Assembly: GCA_027450225.1 (NCBI GenBank) | Contig: DAIDJK010000144.1 | Span: 1 to 53,921 of the forward strand | Direction of reading: 5' to 3' | Length of the DNA: 53,921 bases | DNA from: Bryobacterales bacterium | GTDB taxonomy: Bacteria > Acidobacteriota > Terriglobia > Bryobacterales > Bryobacteraceae | Part shown: in pieces, positions 43,679 through 53,557 of the stretch | Layout: every line of letters begins with the position of its first letter | How positions within the stretch are numbered: position 1 is the first letter of the stretch | Position numbers and translations under genes: made by a program | Notes under the pieces: model-generated | Database searches by the model: none | The model's input: the letters and a program-made list of their open reading frames with translations, nothing else | What the model was told of the DNA's origin: nothing

Positions 43679-44821
43679 TCAGTCGTTCAGCAGCTGCCGC
43701 GCGATCACCAGCCGCTGAATTTCGCTCGTTCCTTCGCCGATCGTGCACAGCTTCACGTCTCTGTAGAACTTCTCCACCGGATAGTCCTTGATGAAGCCGT
43801 AGCCGCCGTGAATCTGCACCGCCTCATTCGCGATCCAGACCGCTGATTCGGAGGCGAACAGTTTCGCCATCGCCGATTCACGCGTGACGCGCTTGCCCGC
43901 GTCGATCATCTTCGCCGCGCGATACGTCAGCAGCCGGGAGGCGTCGAGTTTCGTCGCCATATCGACCAGCTTGTGCTGAATCGCCTGGAATTCGGAGATC
44001 GGCCGCCCGAACTGCTTGCGCATTTTCGAATATTTCAACGCCGCATCATACGCGCCCTGGGCCATGCCGATCGAAAGCGCGGCGATCGAAACCCGTCCGC
44101 CGTCCAGAATCCGCAGGCTGTCCACGAAACCTTCACCCTGCCTGCCCACCATCTGGGATTGCGGCAGACGGCAGTTCGAGAAGATCACTTCGCCCGTGGC
44201 GCTGGCCCGGAGACCTAGCTTGTTTTCTTTCTTGCCGGGCCGGAATCCAGGCGTGCCCTTCTCCAGAATGAACGCCGAAATCCCGTGCTGCGCCGCGGAA
44301 CGGTCCGTCATCGCCATGCCCACGCACACATCGGCGTAATGCGCATTGGTGGTGAAAGTTTTCGATCCGTTCAGCACCCAGCAATCGCCGTCGCGCACCG
44401 CTGTGGTTCTCGTTCCCGCTGCGTCCGATCCGGCCTCAGGCTCCGTCAGGGACCAGCATCCGATCCATTCGCCGGAAGCCAGCTTCGTCAGATACTTCTG
44501 CTTCTGCTCCGCGTTGCCGGCTTTATAGATGTGGTTGGAACACAGCGATGTATGCGCCGCGAGGATGATGCCGACCGAACCGTCCACGCGCGAAAGCTCC
44601 TCGATGATGATGGCGTATTCGACATAGCCCAATCCCGCGCCGCCATACTCCTCCGGGAAGATGCTTCCCATATAGCCCAGCGAGCCGAGCTTTTTGATTA
44701 CTTCGAGCGGGAACGTCTGGTTCTCGTCCCACTCCATCACGTGTGGCGCGATCTCCGCGGTCGCAAATTCGCGCACCTCACGCCGCAGCTGGATTTGTTC
44801 TGGCGTGTATTCGAAATCCAC
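43679..44821 (-). CDS. Acyl-CoA dehydrogenase (short/branched-chain type)
   Basis: I start it at GTG 44821 ([20 protein letters not shown]...), the usual ACAD N-terminus. It has [14 protein letters not shown], and ...[26 protein letters not shown] contains the catalytic Glu region. The 22 upstream codons of the track ORF look non-coding. Confidence 0.9.
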   Translation of the reverse strand: MDFEYTPEQIQLRREVREFATAEIAPHVMEWDENQTFPLEVIKKLGSLGYMGSIFPEEYGGAGLGYVEYAIIIEELSRVDGSVGIILAAHTSLCSNHIYKAGNAEQKQKYLTKLASGEWIGCWSLTEPEAGSDAAGTRTTAVRDGDCWVLNGSKTFTTNAHYADVCVGMAMTDRSAAQHGISAFILEKGTPGFRPGKKENKLGLRASATGEVIFSNCRLPQSQMVGRQGEGFVDSLRILDGGRVSIAALSIGMAQGAYDAALKYSKMRKQFGRPISEFQAIQHKLVDMATKLDASRLLTYRAAKMIDAGKRVTRESAMAKLFASESAVWIANEAVQIHGGYGFIKDYPVEKFYRDVKLCTIGEGTSEIQRLVIARQLLND

Positions 44822-44905
44822 GCTTCGATTATGTATCGCGCACAACGCCCGCCCGCGCCCCGGGCTGTGCCATCCATCGCGGACCAACCGGTCTCGAGGC
44901 CCGTC

Positions 44906-45394
44906 TTACCGCTTGTATCCGATCATCCGCAGGAATCCGCGCCGCTGCTCGGCGTGCTCGGCCTGTTCCACGCCTTTTGGCGCGTGGCCGTCTATCACCC
45001 CCATCACGCCGCGCCCCTGTTCGGTCGTGGCGACGATCACTTCCACCGGATTCGCCGTCGCGCAGTAGATGGTGCAAACTTCCGGGGCGGCGTGAATCGA
45101 GCGAAGCACATTGATCGGGTACGCCTCGCGCATCACCACGGCGAAAAAGTGTCCGGCCGCAACGGACTTCGCGATCTCCACCGCCGCATCCCGCATCTCG
45201 TCATCCGTACCGTCATGCCGGATCAGGCAGGGCCCCGATGCTTCGCAGAACGCCACGCCGAATTTGATGTTCGGCGCCGAGTTCACCATCGCCTCGTAAA
45301 TGTCCTCGACCGTCTTTATAAAGTGACTCTGTCCGAGCACGATGTTCGCGTCCTTCGGGATCGCGAGCTTCACCACGTCGAAGTTCAGCATCAC
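44906..45394 (-). CDS. Adenosine-specific kinase family protein (PF04008-like)
   Basis: 162 aa. GQSHFIKTVEDIYEAMVNSAPNIKFGVAFCEASGPCLIRHDG.D.....AV..A....AGH.F.V.MREAYPINVL..I...PEVC.IYCATANPVEVIVA.TEQGRGVMGVIDG matches my memory of this small conserved family. The start is GTG 45394 or ATG 45391. Confidence 0.7.
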   Translation of the reverse strand: MMLNFDVVKLAIPKDANIVLGQSHFIKTVEDIYEAMVNSAPNIKFGVAFCEASGPCLIRHDGTDDEMRDAAVEIAKSVAAGHFFAVVMREAYPINVLRSIHAAPEVCTIYCATANPVEVIVATTEQGRGVMGVIDGHAPKGVEQAEHAEQRRGFLRMIGYKR

Positions 45395-45423
45395 CGAGTA
45401 TGTTAAGTCATAGACTCGTGAAC

Positions 45424-47379
45424 ATGCGCTCCCAGCTCGCGCTCGCCGCTCTCGTCTCCACTTCCTTCGCCGCCTTCGCCGCCGAATCGCCGCTGGTGGA
45501 CCGCGTCGATACCACTGCGTTCATCCAGCTCGAAGCCCCTGGCTTCGCCGCGCTCACGCCAAAACAGCAGGCGCTGGCATATTGGCTCGCTCAGGCCTCG
45601 ATCGCGATCGATCCGATCATCTACGATCAGGTCTCGCGCTTCGGTCCACGCCAGAAGCTTCTGCTCGAGGCGGTGATTCGAGCCAGGGACAAGGTCGACC
45701 CCGCCACTTACGGCAAGGTTCTCGAATTTACGAAGCTCTTCTGGGCGAACACCGGAAATCACAACGAACTCACCGGCCAGAAGTTCCTGCCGAAGTTCAA
45801 TGCCGCCGAACTGAAACAAGCGCTCGATCAGGCCGGCCGCAAGGATCTCGCCACTGAAGTGGACGCGCTCGACAAATCCCTCTTCGATCCCGATTTCGAG
45901 CCACTCACCACCGCCAAAACTCCCGCGCCCGGCAGGGACATCATTCAATCGAGCGCGAACAACTTCTATTCGGGCGTCACGCTCGCCGATCTCAGAAGCT
46001 TCACTGAGCGCTATGCCTTGAACTCGCGTCTGGTGAAGGAAAACGGCAAACTGGTGGAGCAGGTTTATCGCGCAGGCACTCCGGACGGCGCCGTCCCTCC
46101 CGGCCTTTACGCGCAGTATCTTCGCAAAGCAAATGAGTTCCTCCAGAATGCCCGCGCTTATGCGACCGCCGATCAGTCCAAAGTCATCGCCGATCTTATC
46201 CGCTATTACCAGACCGGCGACCGCAGGGACTGGATACAGTTCGGTATCGACTGGGTGCGCAACAACGAAGCCGTCGATTTCGCCAACGGCTTCATCGAGG
46301 TCTATCGCGACGCGCGCGGCGCCAAAGGCACGTCCCAGAGCTTCGTTTCCATCACTGACCCGGCGCTTTCCGGCGCCATCCTCAAAATCGCGGCCAACGC
46401 GCAATACTTCGAAAACCGCGCTCCGTGGGATGCGCGTTACAAGAAGCAGGGAGTCTCGCCTCCCGCCGCAAAGGCCATCGATACCGTCATCGAAACCGGC
46501 GACTTCCACGTGACAACCATCGGCGACAACCTGCCGAACGAAGACGAAATTCACGCAAAGTACGGCTCGAAGAGCTTTCTGTTCATCTCCAGCTCCCACG
46601 CCCTCGAAGAAGCCGCGGGCTACAAAGCGCTGGAGGAGTTCGCTGCGTCACAGCAGGAGATCGACCTCGAGAAAAAATACGGCGGCCAGGCCGAGGATCT
46701 GATGACAGCCATGCATGAAGTCATAGGGCACGGCTCGGGCAAGCTGAGTCCCGCACTCACCCACGAAGCGTCTTACTACCTGAAAGAATATTTCTCCACG
46801 CTCGAGGAAGCCCGCGCGGACCTGATGGCGCTCTGGAACGTCTTCGATCCAAAGCTGAAGGAGCTTGGTCTGGTTCCGAACAACGATGTAGGCCGCGTTA
46901 TGTACAACGATGCCGCCCGTGTGATGCTCACTCAGCTTCGCCGCATTCCCAAAGGCGACACCATCGAGGAGGACCACGAGCGCGATCGCCAGCTCATTGC
47001 CGGATACATCATGGACAAAACCGGCGCTATCGCCATGGAGCAGCGCAATGGCAAGACTTATGTCGTGGTGAAAGATTACAAGAAGATGCGCGAAGGTGTC
47101 GGCATGCTTCTCGCCGAGCTCATGCGCATCAAGGCCGAAGGCGACTACAACGCCATCAAGGCGCTGATCGACAAGTACGGCGTGCGCTTCGATCCGAAGC
47201 TTCGGGATCAGGTAGTGGAACGCTATAGCAAGCTGGACCTGCCGGTCTACTGGGCAGGAATCAACGCGGATCTTACGCCGCGCTTCGGTTCCGGGGGAGA
47301 AATCCTGAGCGTCGCCATCTCATACCCGCGAGACTACGTCCGGCAGCAGCTCGGCTATTCGGCCATGTATTCGAAGTAG
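45424..47379 (+). CDS. Secreted peptidase family M49 (dipeptidyl-peptidase III-like) zinc metallopeptidase
   Basis: I start it at MRSQLALAALVSTSFAAFAAES (ATG 45424; the track start at 45400 is also possible). The zinc motifs are MHEVIGHGSGKL (HExxGH) and LEEARADLMALW (EExRA[ED]). Confidence 0.8.
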   Translation: MRSQLALAALVSTSFAAFAAESPLVDRVDTTAFIQLEAPGFAALTPKQQALAYWLAQASIAIDPIIYDQVSRFGPRQKLLLEAVIRARDKVDPATYGKVLEFTKLFWANTGNHNELTGQKFLPKFNAAELKQALDQAGRKDLATEVDALDKSLFDPDFEPLTTAKTPAPGRDIIQSSANNFYSGVTLADLRSFTERYALNSRLVKENGKLVEQVYRAGTPDGAVPPGLYAQYLRKANEFLQNARAYATADQSKVIADLIRYYQTGDRRDWIQFGIDWVRNNEAVDFANGFIEVYRDARGAKGTSQSFVSITDPALSGAILKIAANAQYFENRAPWDARYKKQGVSPPAAKAIDTVIETGDFHVTTIGDNLPNEDEIHAKYGSKSFLFISSSHALEEAAGYKALEEFAASQQEIDLEKKYGGQAEDLMTAMHEVIGHGSGKLSPALTHEASYYLKEYFSTLEEARADLMALWNVFDPKLKELGLVPNNDVGRVMYNDAARVMLTQLRRIPKGDTIEEDHERDRQLIAGYIMDKTGAIAMEQRNGKTYVVVKDYKKMREGVGMLLAELMRIKAEGDYNAIKALIDKYGVRFDPKLRDQVVERYSKLDLPVYWAGINADLTPRFGSGGEILSVAISYPRDYVRQQLGYSAMYSK

Positions 47380-47386
47380 CTACGCC

Positions 47387-48208
47387 CTAGTCGCCGGGCT
47401 CGAGAGGCATGTTGCCGTCGCGCTTGTGAAACAACTTGCGTTTGATGTCCGGCCAGAATTCTTTCATCACCTGCGACAGCGCATCCGTGCCAATCTGCGT
47501 GAACATCCGCTGCATGGTTGGGCTCAGGCCGACGTCATCGGGATAGTACAAGTTCCCGAGCGCCGCAACGGTTCCGTTTCCGAGCACTTCCGATGCGTTG
47601 AACTGCCACCTCCCGGAGTCGCCCCTCGCCACGAAAACCCGTGTGGCGGCATACCAGATTCGGCCCTTCACCGTGCCCGTCCCTTTGCGGAAATATCGCG
47701 GATCCTGGTGCAGCAGCGTCGGCATGATTGCTTCCGTCATGTAGTTGCCCATGTCCTGGTCCGCCACGGACGCGCCATAGCGCTTCGCATATCCTTGCGC
47801 CCCCTGGCCGAAATCGGGATTGCTGTCGCCCAGCTGCGAAATTCCGGCGAAAGCACCCGCCAGAATGTAGGATGGCCAGTCGAAAGTGTCCTTGGTGGCG
47901 ATGGCGAATTTCTGGCGCGTAGTGATGGGATGAAACGGCGCCGTACCGTCCGCGGTCCGGTAATTCGGCAACACGCCGAACGCGCGCTTGTCCTGTACTT
48001 CACCTTTGTCGCCTGGAACGGGGATTTCTCCCTTCGGGGCCACCGGCGCAGGCCTCGTTGCCGCTGGCGCTGTTTCCGCGGAAGAGGATGACGAAGGCGC
48101 ATCGGCGTTGCCGGCCGGCCCCGCCGCTGCGGCGTTCGGTCCCTGCGCCATCACAAGTCCTGAGCCGATCACCAGAACCATTCCGGCAAAAATCGGGTTG
48201 CGAATCAT
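47387..48208 (-). CDS. Secreted protein of unknown function with Ala/Pro/Ser-rich linker
   Basis: I start it at MIRNPIFAGMVLVIGSGLVMAQG (cat 48206-08). A low-complexity linker (AAAAGPAGNADAPSSSSSAETAPAATRPAPVAP) is followed by a globular region (FGVLPNYRTADG...QDPRYFRKGTG...). No motif is recognised. Confidence 0.55.
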   Translation of the reverse strand: MIRNPIFAGMVLVIGSGLVMAQGPNAAAAGPAGNADAPSSSSSAETAPAATRPAPVAPKGEIPVPGDKGEVQDKRAFGVLPNYRTADGTAPFHPITTRQKFAIATKDTFDWPSYILAGAFAGISQLGDSNPDFGQGAQGYAKRYGASVADQDMGNYMTEAIMPTLLHQDPRYFRKGTGTVKGRIWYAATRVFVARGDSGRWQFNASEVLGNGTVAALGNLYYPDDVGLSPTMQRMFTQIGTDALSQVMKEFWPDIKRKLFHKRDGNMPLEPGD

Positions 48209-48347
48209 GCGGAATGAGCCAGGGCGGCGGTTGCCGCTTCCCCTTCGGCGCATGCGAGTAGATATAAGGGCATTTGTTAACGGGATGCTTCTGCTGTTCT
48301 TTGCGTTACCGCGCAATCCGGAAAACTGCGCCGGCCGCGGGAAGGAG

Positions 48348-50270
48348 CTACGCTTTCAGGTTTGCTTCCACCAGCGCCGTAAGTTCCGACATTCGATAGG
48401 GCTTCTGCAGGTAGCCCGATATCGGCAGATCGCGAAAGTGATACTCGACCTCAGCCCTCGGCAATCCGCTCGACACGATGGCTTTCAGGTCCGGCGCCAG
48501 CTTCCGCAGTTGCTTCAGCGTGTCGCCGCAGTCCATGCCAGGCATCTTCCAGTCGAGAAGTATAAGACCTATCTGGCGCGGCGCCCGGCTGAACAGTTCC
48601 ACGGCCGCTGCTCCGGAATCGGCTGTTATCACTTTCCTGCCCATTCTTTCCAGCGCCACACGCACAATCTGGCGCACCACCGCCTCATCGTCCACCACCA
48701 GCACCGCCGCTTCCTGCGGCTCTTCGGCTGCCGCCACGGCCGGGAAGTACAAGCGGATCGACGTTCCTTCGCCAGGTTCGCTCGCCAGCGACAACATGCC
48801 CCGATGCGATCGGATGATTCCGGCCACGGCCGCCAGCCCAAGTCCCCGGCCCAGAAACTTGGTGGAGAAAAATGGCTCGAATATTTTGTCGCGTACTGCC
48901 GCATCCATGCCGCAGCCGGTGTCGCGCACCTCGATCCACGAATATTCGCCAGGCTGCACCTCATCCGGCCCAAGGTCGAACCTTTCCGAGCCGCGGATCG
49001 TACTCGTTCCCGTCGCCACAGTCACGGCTCCATCGCCGTTTTCCATCGCTTCCCCGGCGTTCAGCGTCAGGTTCAGAATCGCCTGGCGCAGCTGATTCGG
49101 GTCCGCGACGACTGGTCTCACCGGCGTGGTTCTGATATCGAGGCGAATCTTGCCGGGAAGGGAAGCGCGAATCAGGTGGCCCGTGTCCCGCACCAGTTCC
49201 CCGAGGTCTACTTCCCGGATCTGGAAATTTCCCTTTCCCGAATACGCCAGCAATTGCCGCGTCAGCTCGGCCGCCCGCTCGCCGGCGGTGATGATCGATT
49301 CCGCCATCTCGCGGTCTTCGCGCGCCTCGAGCGCCGAGCTCAGCAGTTGTGCGTTGCCGATGATTCCCGTCAGCAGGTTGTTGAAGTCGTGCGCGATGCC
49401 GGCGGCCAGCATGCCGATGCTTTCAAACCTTTGCTTGCGGCTTATCGCTTCCTCGGCGCGCATCTTTTCGAGCGTGGATTGTACGCGCGCCCGCAGCAGC
49501 GTCGGGTTCACCGGTTTGAACAGGTAGTCCTCCGCCCCGGCTTCGATGCATTTCGCCACCGCTTCCATCTCGTCCAGAGCCGAAACCAGAATCACGGCGG
49601 CCCGGCTCAAGGCAGGGTCGCGCTTCACTGTATCCAGCACTTCGAAGCCGTTGATGCCCGGCATCATCAGATCCAGCAGCACGATGTCGAACCGGTCGCT
49701 GCGAAGCTGTTCGAGAGCAGCCATGCCGTCTGCTGCGGTTGCCACCTGATGCTGTTGCTTTTCCAGCTGGCGGGCGAGCATATCGCGGTTCGCCTCGTTG
49801 TCGTCCACGATCAGAATGCGCCCCGGCGCCGCCTGCGGCCGCCCCGGGATCTCCCGCCAGTCCGGCGCGGCCGCCTTCTCCGGCGTGTGCGGATCGAGCG
49901 AAAATTGCGCCAGTGCGGACGCCGCCGATTCGATGCGCGCCAGATCGGCTCCGGAACTCCCCGGCAGCATCGCCGCCAGTTCGTTGCCCAGCGCGCGCAC
50001 CCGCTCCACTCTTCGCGCCAGTTCCCTGCGCAGCTCAGCCGCCACCCCAGGGCTCACAATGCCATGCTCCGGACCCAGCCTGCGCTGTACTTCCTCGAGC
50101 ATGCCCTTCGCCTGCTCCACAACCTGCGCCAGGCGCTCCGCTGCCGCTTCGCCGGGCTCTTCCTCGAGAAGTATTTCGCTGTACCCGATGATATGGTTCA
50201 GCGGTGTCCGCAACTGATGGCGCAGATCGGCGGCTGAAACAAGCGGGGCGGAAGCCGGATTGGAACTCAT
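48348..50270 (-). CDS. Hybrid histidine kinase: orphan N-terminal H-box/DHp-like helix, REC, HisKA, HATPase_c, REC
   Basis: 640 aa. The N-terminus is LRHQLRTPLNHIIGYSEILLEE. REC1: ILIVDDNEANRDML...DIVLLDLMMPGINGFEV...YLFKP. Second H-box: GIAHDFNNLLTGIIGNAQL. ATPase boxes: NLTLNAGEAM, DTGCGMD, GRGLGLAAVAGII. REC2: VLVVDDEAVVRQI...LILLDWKMPGMD. Confidence 0.9.
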   Translation of the reverse strand: MSSNPASAPLVSAADLRHQLRTPLNHIIGYSEILLEEEPGEAAAERLAQVVEQAKGMLEEVQRRLGPEHGIVSPGVAAELRRELARRVERVRALGNELAAMLPGSSGADLARIESAASALAQFSLDPHTPEKAAAPDWREIPGRPQAAPGRILIVDDNEANRDMLARQLEKQQHQVATAADGMAALEQLRSDRFDIVLLDLMMPGINGFEVLDTVKRDPALSRAAVILVSALDEMEAVAKCIEAGAEDYLFKPVNPTLLRARVQSTLEKMRAEEAISRKQRFESIGMLAAGIAHDFNNLLTGIIGNAQLLSSALEAREDREMAESIITAGERAAELTRQLLAYSGKGNFQIREVDLGELVRDTGHLIRASLPGKIRLDIRTTPVRPVVADPNQLRQAILNLTLNAGEAMENGDGAVTVATGTSTIRGSERFDLGPDEVQPGEYSWIEVRDTGCGMDAAVRDKIFEPFFSTKFLGRGLGLAAVAGIIRSHRGMLSLASEPGEGTSIRLYFPAVAAAEEPQEAAVLVVDDEAVVRQIVRVALERMGRKVITADSGAAAVELFSRAPRQIGLILLDWKMPGMDCGDTLKQLRKLAPDLKAIVSSGLPRAEVEYHFRDLPISGYLQKPYRMSELTALVEANLKA

Positions 50271-50445
50271 GCGGGCAGCCGGACGTTACAAATCAACATT
50301 GGCGTATACGCTGGAAATCGCCAGAATCCAGGGTGCTGGATCGAACAGTGGGTGTGCCGCTCGGATTCCGTTCGCGCTACGATCACCATGTTAACCGTTC
50401 ATCCTCGCCGCCCGTCTCCTCGAACTGCGATGCCCCCTTACGCCG

Positions 50446-50829
50446 ATGCCAAAGATTCTGCTGGTTGAAGATAACGAATTCAATCGTGACATGCTTTCGC
50501 GCCGTCTGGAACGTAAGGGATTTGAGGTTCTTATCGCCGAAGATGGCGCAGGCGGAATCTCGCTCGCGAAAAGCAGCTGCCCGGATATCATCCTGATGGA
50601 TATGGATCTGCCCGTCGTCGATGGCTGGGAAGCCACCCGGCGGCTCAAGGCCGATCCTGCCACCCGCTCCATCCCCGTCGTCGCCCTCACCGCCCACGCC
50701 ATGCGCACTGATCATGATCGCGCCATGGCTTCCGGCTGCGATGACTTCGCCACCAAGCCGATCGAATTCACCGTTCTGCTGGAGAAGATCAATCGCGCTC
50801 TGGTTCACCGGAGCCGCCCATTCGCGTGA
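50446..50829 (+). CDS. Stand-alone CheY-like response regulator
   Basis: 127 aa with [33 protein letters not shown] and DFATKPI. The GTGA overlap couples it to the downstream kinase. Confidence 0.9.
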   Translation: MPKILLVEDNEFNRDMLSRRLERKGFEVLIAEDGAGGISLAKSSCPDIILMDMDLPVVDGWEATRRLKADPATRSIPVVALTAHAMRTDHDRAMASGCDDFATKPIEFTVLLEKINRALVHRSRPFA

Positions 50830-52964
50830 CGCCCGCTCCCACCGGCAGGCAGAACCGCTATCTTCCTTTCCGCGAGCCCACCATTGTCTTCGCTTTCGCC
50901 GCCATCGTGATCGTGTGCCTGCTCGGGTGGTGGGACTGGCGCGTCGAGCGCGACTCCGAGATGCGCGTGGTCGATGGCCTCACCGATCTTCGGATCGTGG
51001 ACGACGTGCTTTCCACCCTCAAGGACGCCGAAACCGGCCAGCGCGGATTCCTGCTCACCGGCAAGGACTCTTATCTCGATCCCTATACCGACGCTGTTCG
51101 GATTTTGCCGGCTCAGTTCCGAACCCTCGAGTCGTCCCTGCGGGACGAGTGGGAACTCCAGGGCGATATCAGCCGCCTGCATTCGGTAGCGGATCAGAAA
51201 ATCGCCGAGCTCGCGCTCACCATCCGTTTGTATCGGGAGAAGGGCGCGGTGGACGCCATTGATCAGGTGCAGACGGGCATCGGACGGGAACTGATGCAGC
51301 GGGCGCGCGATATCACCGCCGATATGCGCACCCTCATCCAGAAGCGCCTCGATTATGAGAGATCGCGCAGCGAGGCCAACACCATCCGTACCGGCATCAT
51401 CAGCTTCGGCGCCAGCCTGCTGCTTTTCGTCCTCGTCGCTTTTAGCAATCTCCGGTACCGCCAGCAGCGGGAAGAAGCGCAATCCGCCAGCAAGGCGAAG
51501 AGCGAGTTTCTCGCCAGCATGAGCCACGAGCTTCGCACGCCTCTCAACGCCATCATCGGCTACAGCGAAATGCTTCTTGAAGAGGCGGAAGAAACCGGCA
51601 ACCAGGCGCTCCGGCCGGATCTTGAAAAGATTCGCATCGCCGGCAAGCACCTGCTCGATCTCATCAACTCCGTTCTCGATCTCTCGAAGATCGAAGCCGG
51701 CAAGATGGAGCTTTACGTCGAATCGTTCGATATCGCGGCGCTGCTGCGGGATGTGGCCGCCGTTATCGCTCCGCTCGCCGCTAAGAATCGCAACACCCTC
51801 AACCTGGGCGTTCCGGACGATATCGGTTCCATGCGCGCGGATCAGACCCGCGTCCGCCAGAGCGTTTTCAATCTGCTCAGCAACGCCTGCAAGTTCACGC
51901 AGGATGGCGAGGTGGCGCTGAATGTCCGGCGCACGCCGGATGGTTTCATCGAATTTGAGGTTCGCGATACCGGCGTCGGCCTGAAGCCGGAGCAGTTGCA
52001 GGGCTTGTTCGAGGCCTTTCGCCAGGCCGATTCTTCCACCGCGCGCCGGTTCGGCGGCACCGGCCTCGGGCTCGCCATCAGCCGCCGCTTCGCCCGTATG
52101 ATGGGCGGCGACATCAACGTCCAGAGTGAATTCGGAAAAGGAAGTGTTTTTACGCTGCGCGTTCCGGCCTCGGTGGATGTGCCTGCGCAGCCCGGACCTT
52201 CGGTTCCTGCCGTTACCGCGCCGGCCGGAACGGTTCTTGTGATCGATGACGACGAAGATGTCCATGAGCTTCTCCGCCGTACCCTCTCGCGCCATGGCTT
52301 CGCGGTCGAATCGGCGAAGAACGGCGAAGATGGTCTTCGCCTCGCCCGGAAACTTCGCCCTCAGGCCATCGTGCTCGATGTCATGATGCCCGGCATGGAC
52401 GGCTGGACCGTTCTCTCCCGCCTCAAGTCGGATACGGAAACCGCGGATTTTCCCGTCGTGATGCTCACCATCGTCGAAAACCGCAACCTGGGATTCGCCC
52501 TCGGCGCGGCGGATTACCTCACCAAGCCGATCGATCGCGAACGCCTGGCCGCCGTACTTCTCCGGTATCGCCGTACCAGTTCCGCCACCGCTCTCGTGGT
52601 GGATGACGAGCCGAATCAGCGCGAGATTCTCACCCGCCTGCTCGAATCCGAGGGCTGGGCGGTCACCCAGGCGGAGAATGGGCGCGTCGCGCTCGACCGC
52701 ATCCAATCGGGAGTTCCCGCCATCATTCTGCTCGATCTCATCATGCCCGAAATGGATGGTTTCGAGTTCCTTCATGAACTCTCGTTGCGCGATCCGTGGA
52801 AAAATATCCCGGTGATCGTCGTCACCGCCAAGGACCTTTCGCCGGCCGAGCGCGACATGCTCGATGGCTATGCGAACAACGTGCTCCGGAAGGGCATGTA
52901 CGATCGCGACGTCCTCGCCGACCGCATCAGCCACATGGTGGCCGCGCGCGTTCGCGCCGGCTGA
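50826..52964 (+). CDS. CHASE3-domain hybrid sensor histidine kinase with two C-terminal receiver domains
   Basis: 712 aa with a TM helix ([17 protein letters not shown]). CHASE3-like region: [27 protein letters not shown]-box: [22 protein letters not shown]. ATPase boxes: [38 protein letters not shown]1: [13 protein letters not shown]...[15 protein letters not shown]2: [13 protein letters not shown]...[14 protein letters not shown]. Confidence 0.9.
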   Translation: MTPAPTGRQNRYLPFREPTIVFAFAAIVIVCLLGWWDWRVERDSEMRVVDGLTDLRIVDDVLSTLKDAETGQRGFLLTGKDSYLDPYTDAVRILPAQFRTLESSLRDEWELQGDISRLHSVADQKIAELALTIRLYREKGAVDAIDQVQTGIGRELMQRARDITADMRTLIQKRLDYERSRSEANTIRTGIISFGASLLLFVLVAFSNLRYRQQREEAQSASKAKSEFLASMSHELRTPLNAIIGYSEMLLEEAEETGNQALRPDLEKIRIAGKHLLDLINSVLDLSKIEAGKMELYVESFDIAALLRDVAAVIAPLAAKNRNTLNLGVPDDIGSMRADQTRVRQSVFNLLSNACKFTQDGEVALNVRRTPDGFIEFEVRDTGVGLKPEQLQGLFEAFRQADSSTARRFGGTGLGLAISRRFARMMGGDINVQSEFGKGSVFTLRVPASVDVPAQPGPSVPAVTAPAGTVLVIDDDEDVHELLRRTLSRHGFAVESAKNGEDGLRLARKLRPQAIVLDVMMPGMDGWTVLSRLKSDTETADFPVVMLTIVENRNLGFALGAADYLTKPIDRERLAAVLLRYRRTSSATALVVDDEPNQREILTRLLESEGWAVTQAENGRVALDRIQSGVPAIILLDLIMPEMDGFEFLHELSLRDPWKNIPVIVVTAKDLSPAERDMLDGYANNVLRKGMYDRDVLADRISHMVAARVRAG

Positions 52965-52990
52965 TTCGGGGAGTCGGGTAGAGTAACTAC

Positions 52991-53557
52991 GTGCTGCGCC
53001 TCTTCACCGGAATCAGCATTCCGGCGGATGTGATTTCGAACATCGAAGCCGTCCTCGCGGCCCTTCGCCCGCTTGCGGACGCGAAATGGTCGCCACCGGA
53101 GAATCTCCACATCACCACGAGGTTCATCGGCGCCTGGCCCGAGCCGCGGATCGACGAACTCAAGGCCGCGCTTGGATCGATGGAAACCGCAGGCGCCATC
53201 CCGATTGAAGTTGCGGGGTTCGGCTTCTTCCCCAACGCGCGCCGCCCGAAAGTGTTTTTCACCAATGTGAACGGCGGCGACCGATTGCCCGCGCTCGCCG
53301 CCGGCACGGATCGGACTCTGGCCGCCGTCGGTCTGGATCCGGAAGACCGGCCCTACTCGCCGCACCTGACTCTGGCGCGCATTGGCGGCGCCGACGCGCG
53401 GCCGCTTCTTCGCAAAATCGAATCGATGGACGCTCCCTTGTTCGGCCGCTGGCAGGCGGAGGACTTCCATCTCTATCTCAGCCGGCCCGGCAGTGGCGCT
53501 TCGGTATATACGGTTCTCGCCTCGTGGCCCCTGGCGAAAGAGACGGCTGCCGCATGA
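52991..53557 (+). CDS. thpR: RNA 2',3'-cyclic phosphodiesterase (2H phosphoesterase, LigT/ThpR)
   Basis: 188 aa from a GTG start, with the two H-x-T/S-x motifs LHITTRFIG and PHLTLARIG. Confidence 0.8.
   Translation: MLRLFTGISIPADVISNIEAVLAALRPLADAKWSPPENLHITTRFIGAWPEPRIDELKAALGSMETAGAIPIEVAGFGFFPNARRPKVFFTNVNGGDRLPALAAGTDRTLAAVGLDPEDRPYSPHLTLARIGGADARPLLRKIESMDAPLFGRWQAEDFHLYLSRPGSGASVYTVLASWPLAKETAAA

Noticed and set aside
47988-50237. 749-aa + strand ORF antisense to the 48348..50270 hybrid kinase. The same applies to the other long antisense or alternative-frame ORFs: 606..2249, 2949..4322, 4699..6099, 7529..9163, 8049..9419, 9794..11134, 17837..19051, 22847..24061, 24416..25843, 28268..29116, 29134..30342, 33790..35664, 37369..39030, 44285..45406 and 45403..46599.
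   Set aside because: All are R/A/G/P-rich low-complexity translations lying opposite to, or out of frame with, genes that have clear family motifs. I treat them as GC-driven shadow ORFs.
50805-52934. 709-aa minus-strand ORF antisense to the CHASE3 hybrid kinase
   Set aside because: It is a shadow ORF. The + strand frame carries unmistakable HisKA, HATPase and REC motifs, and the antisense product has none.
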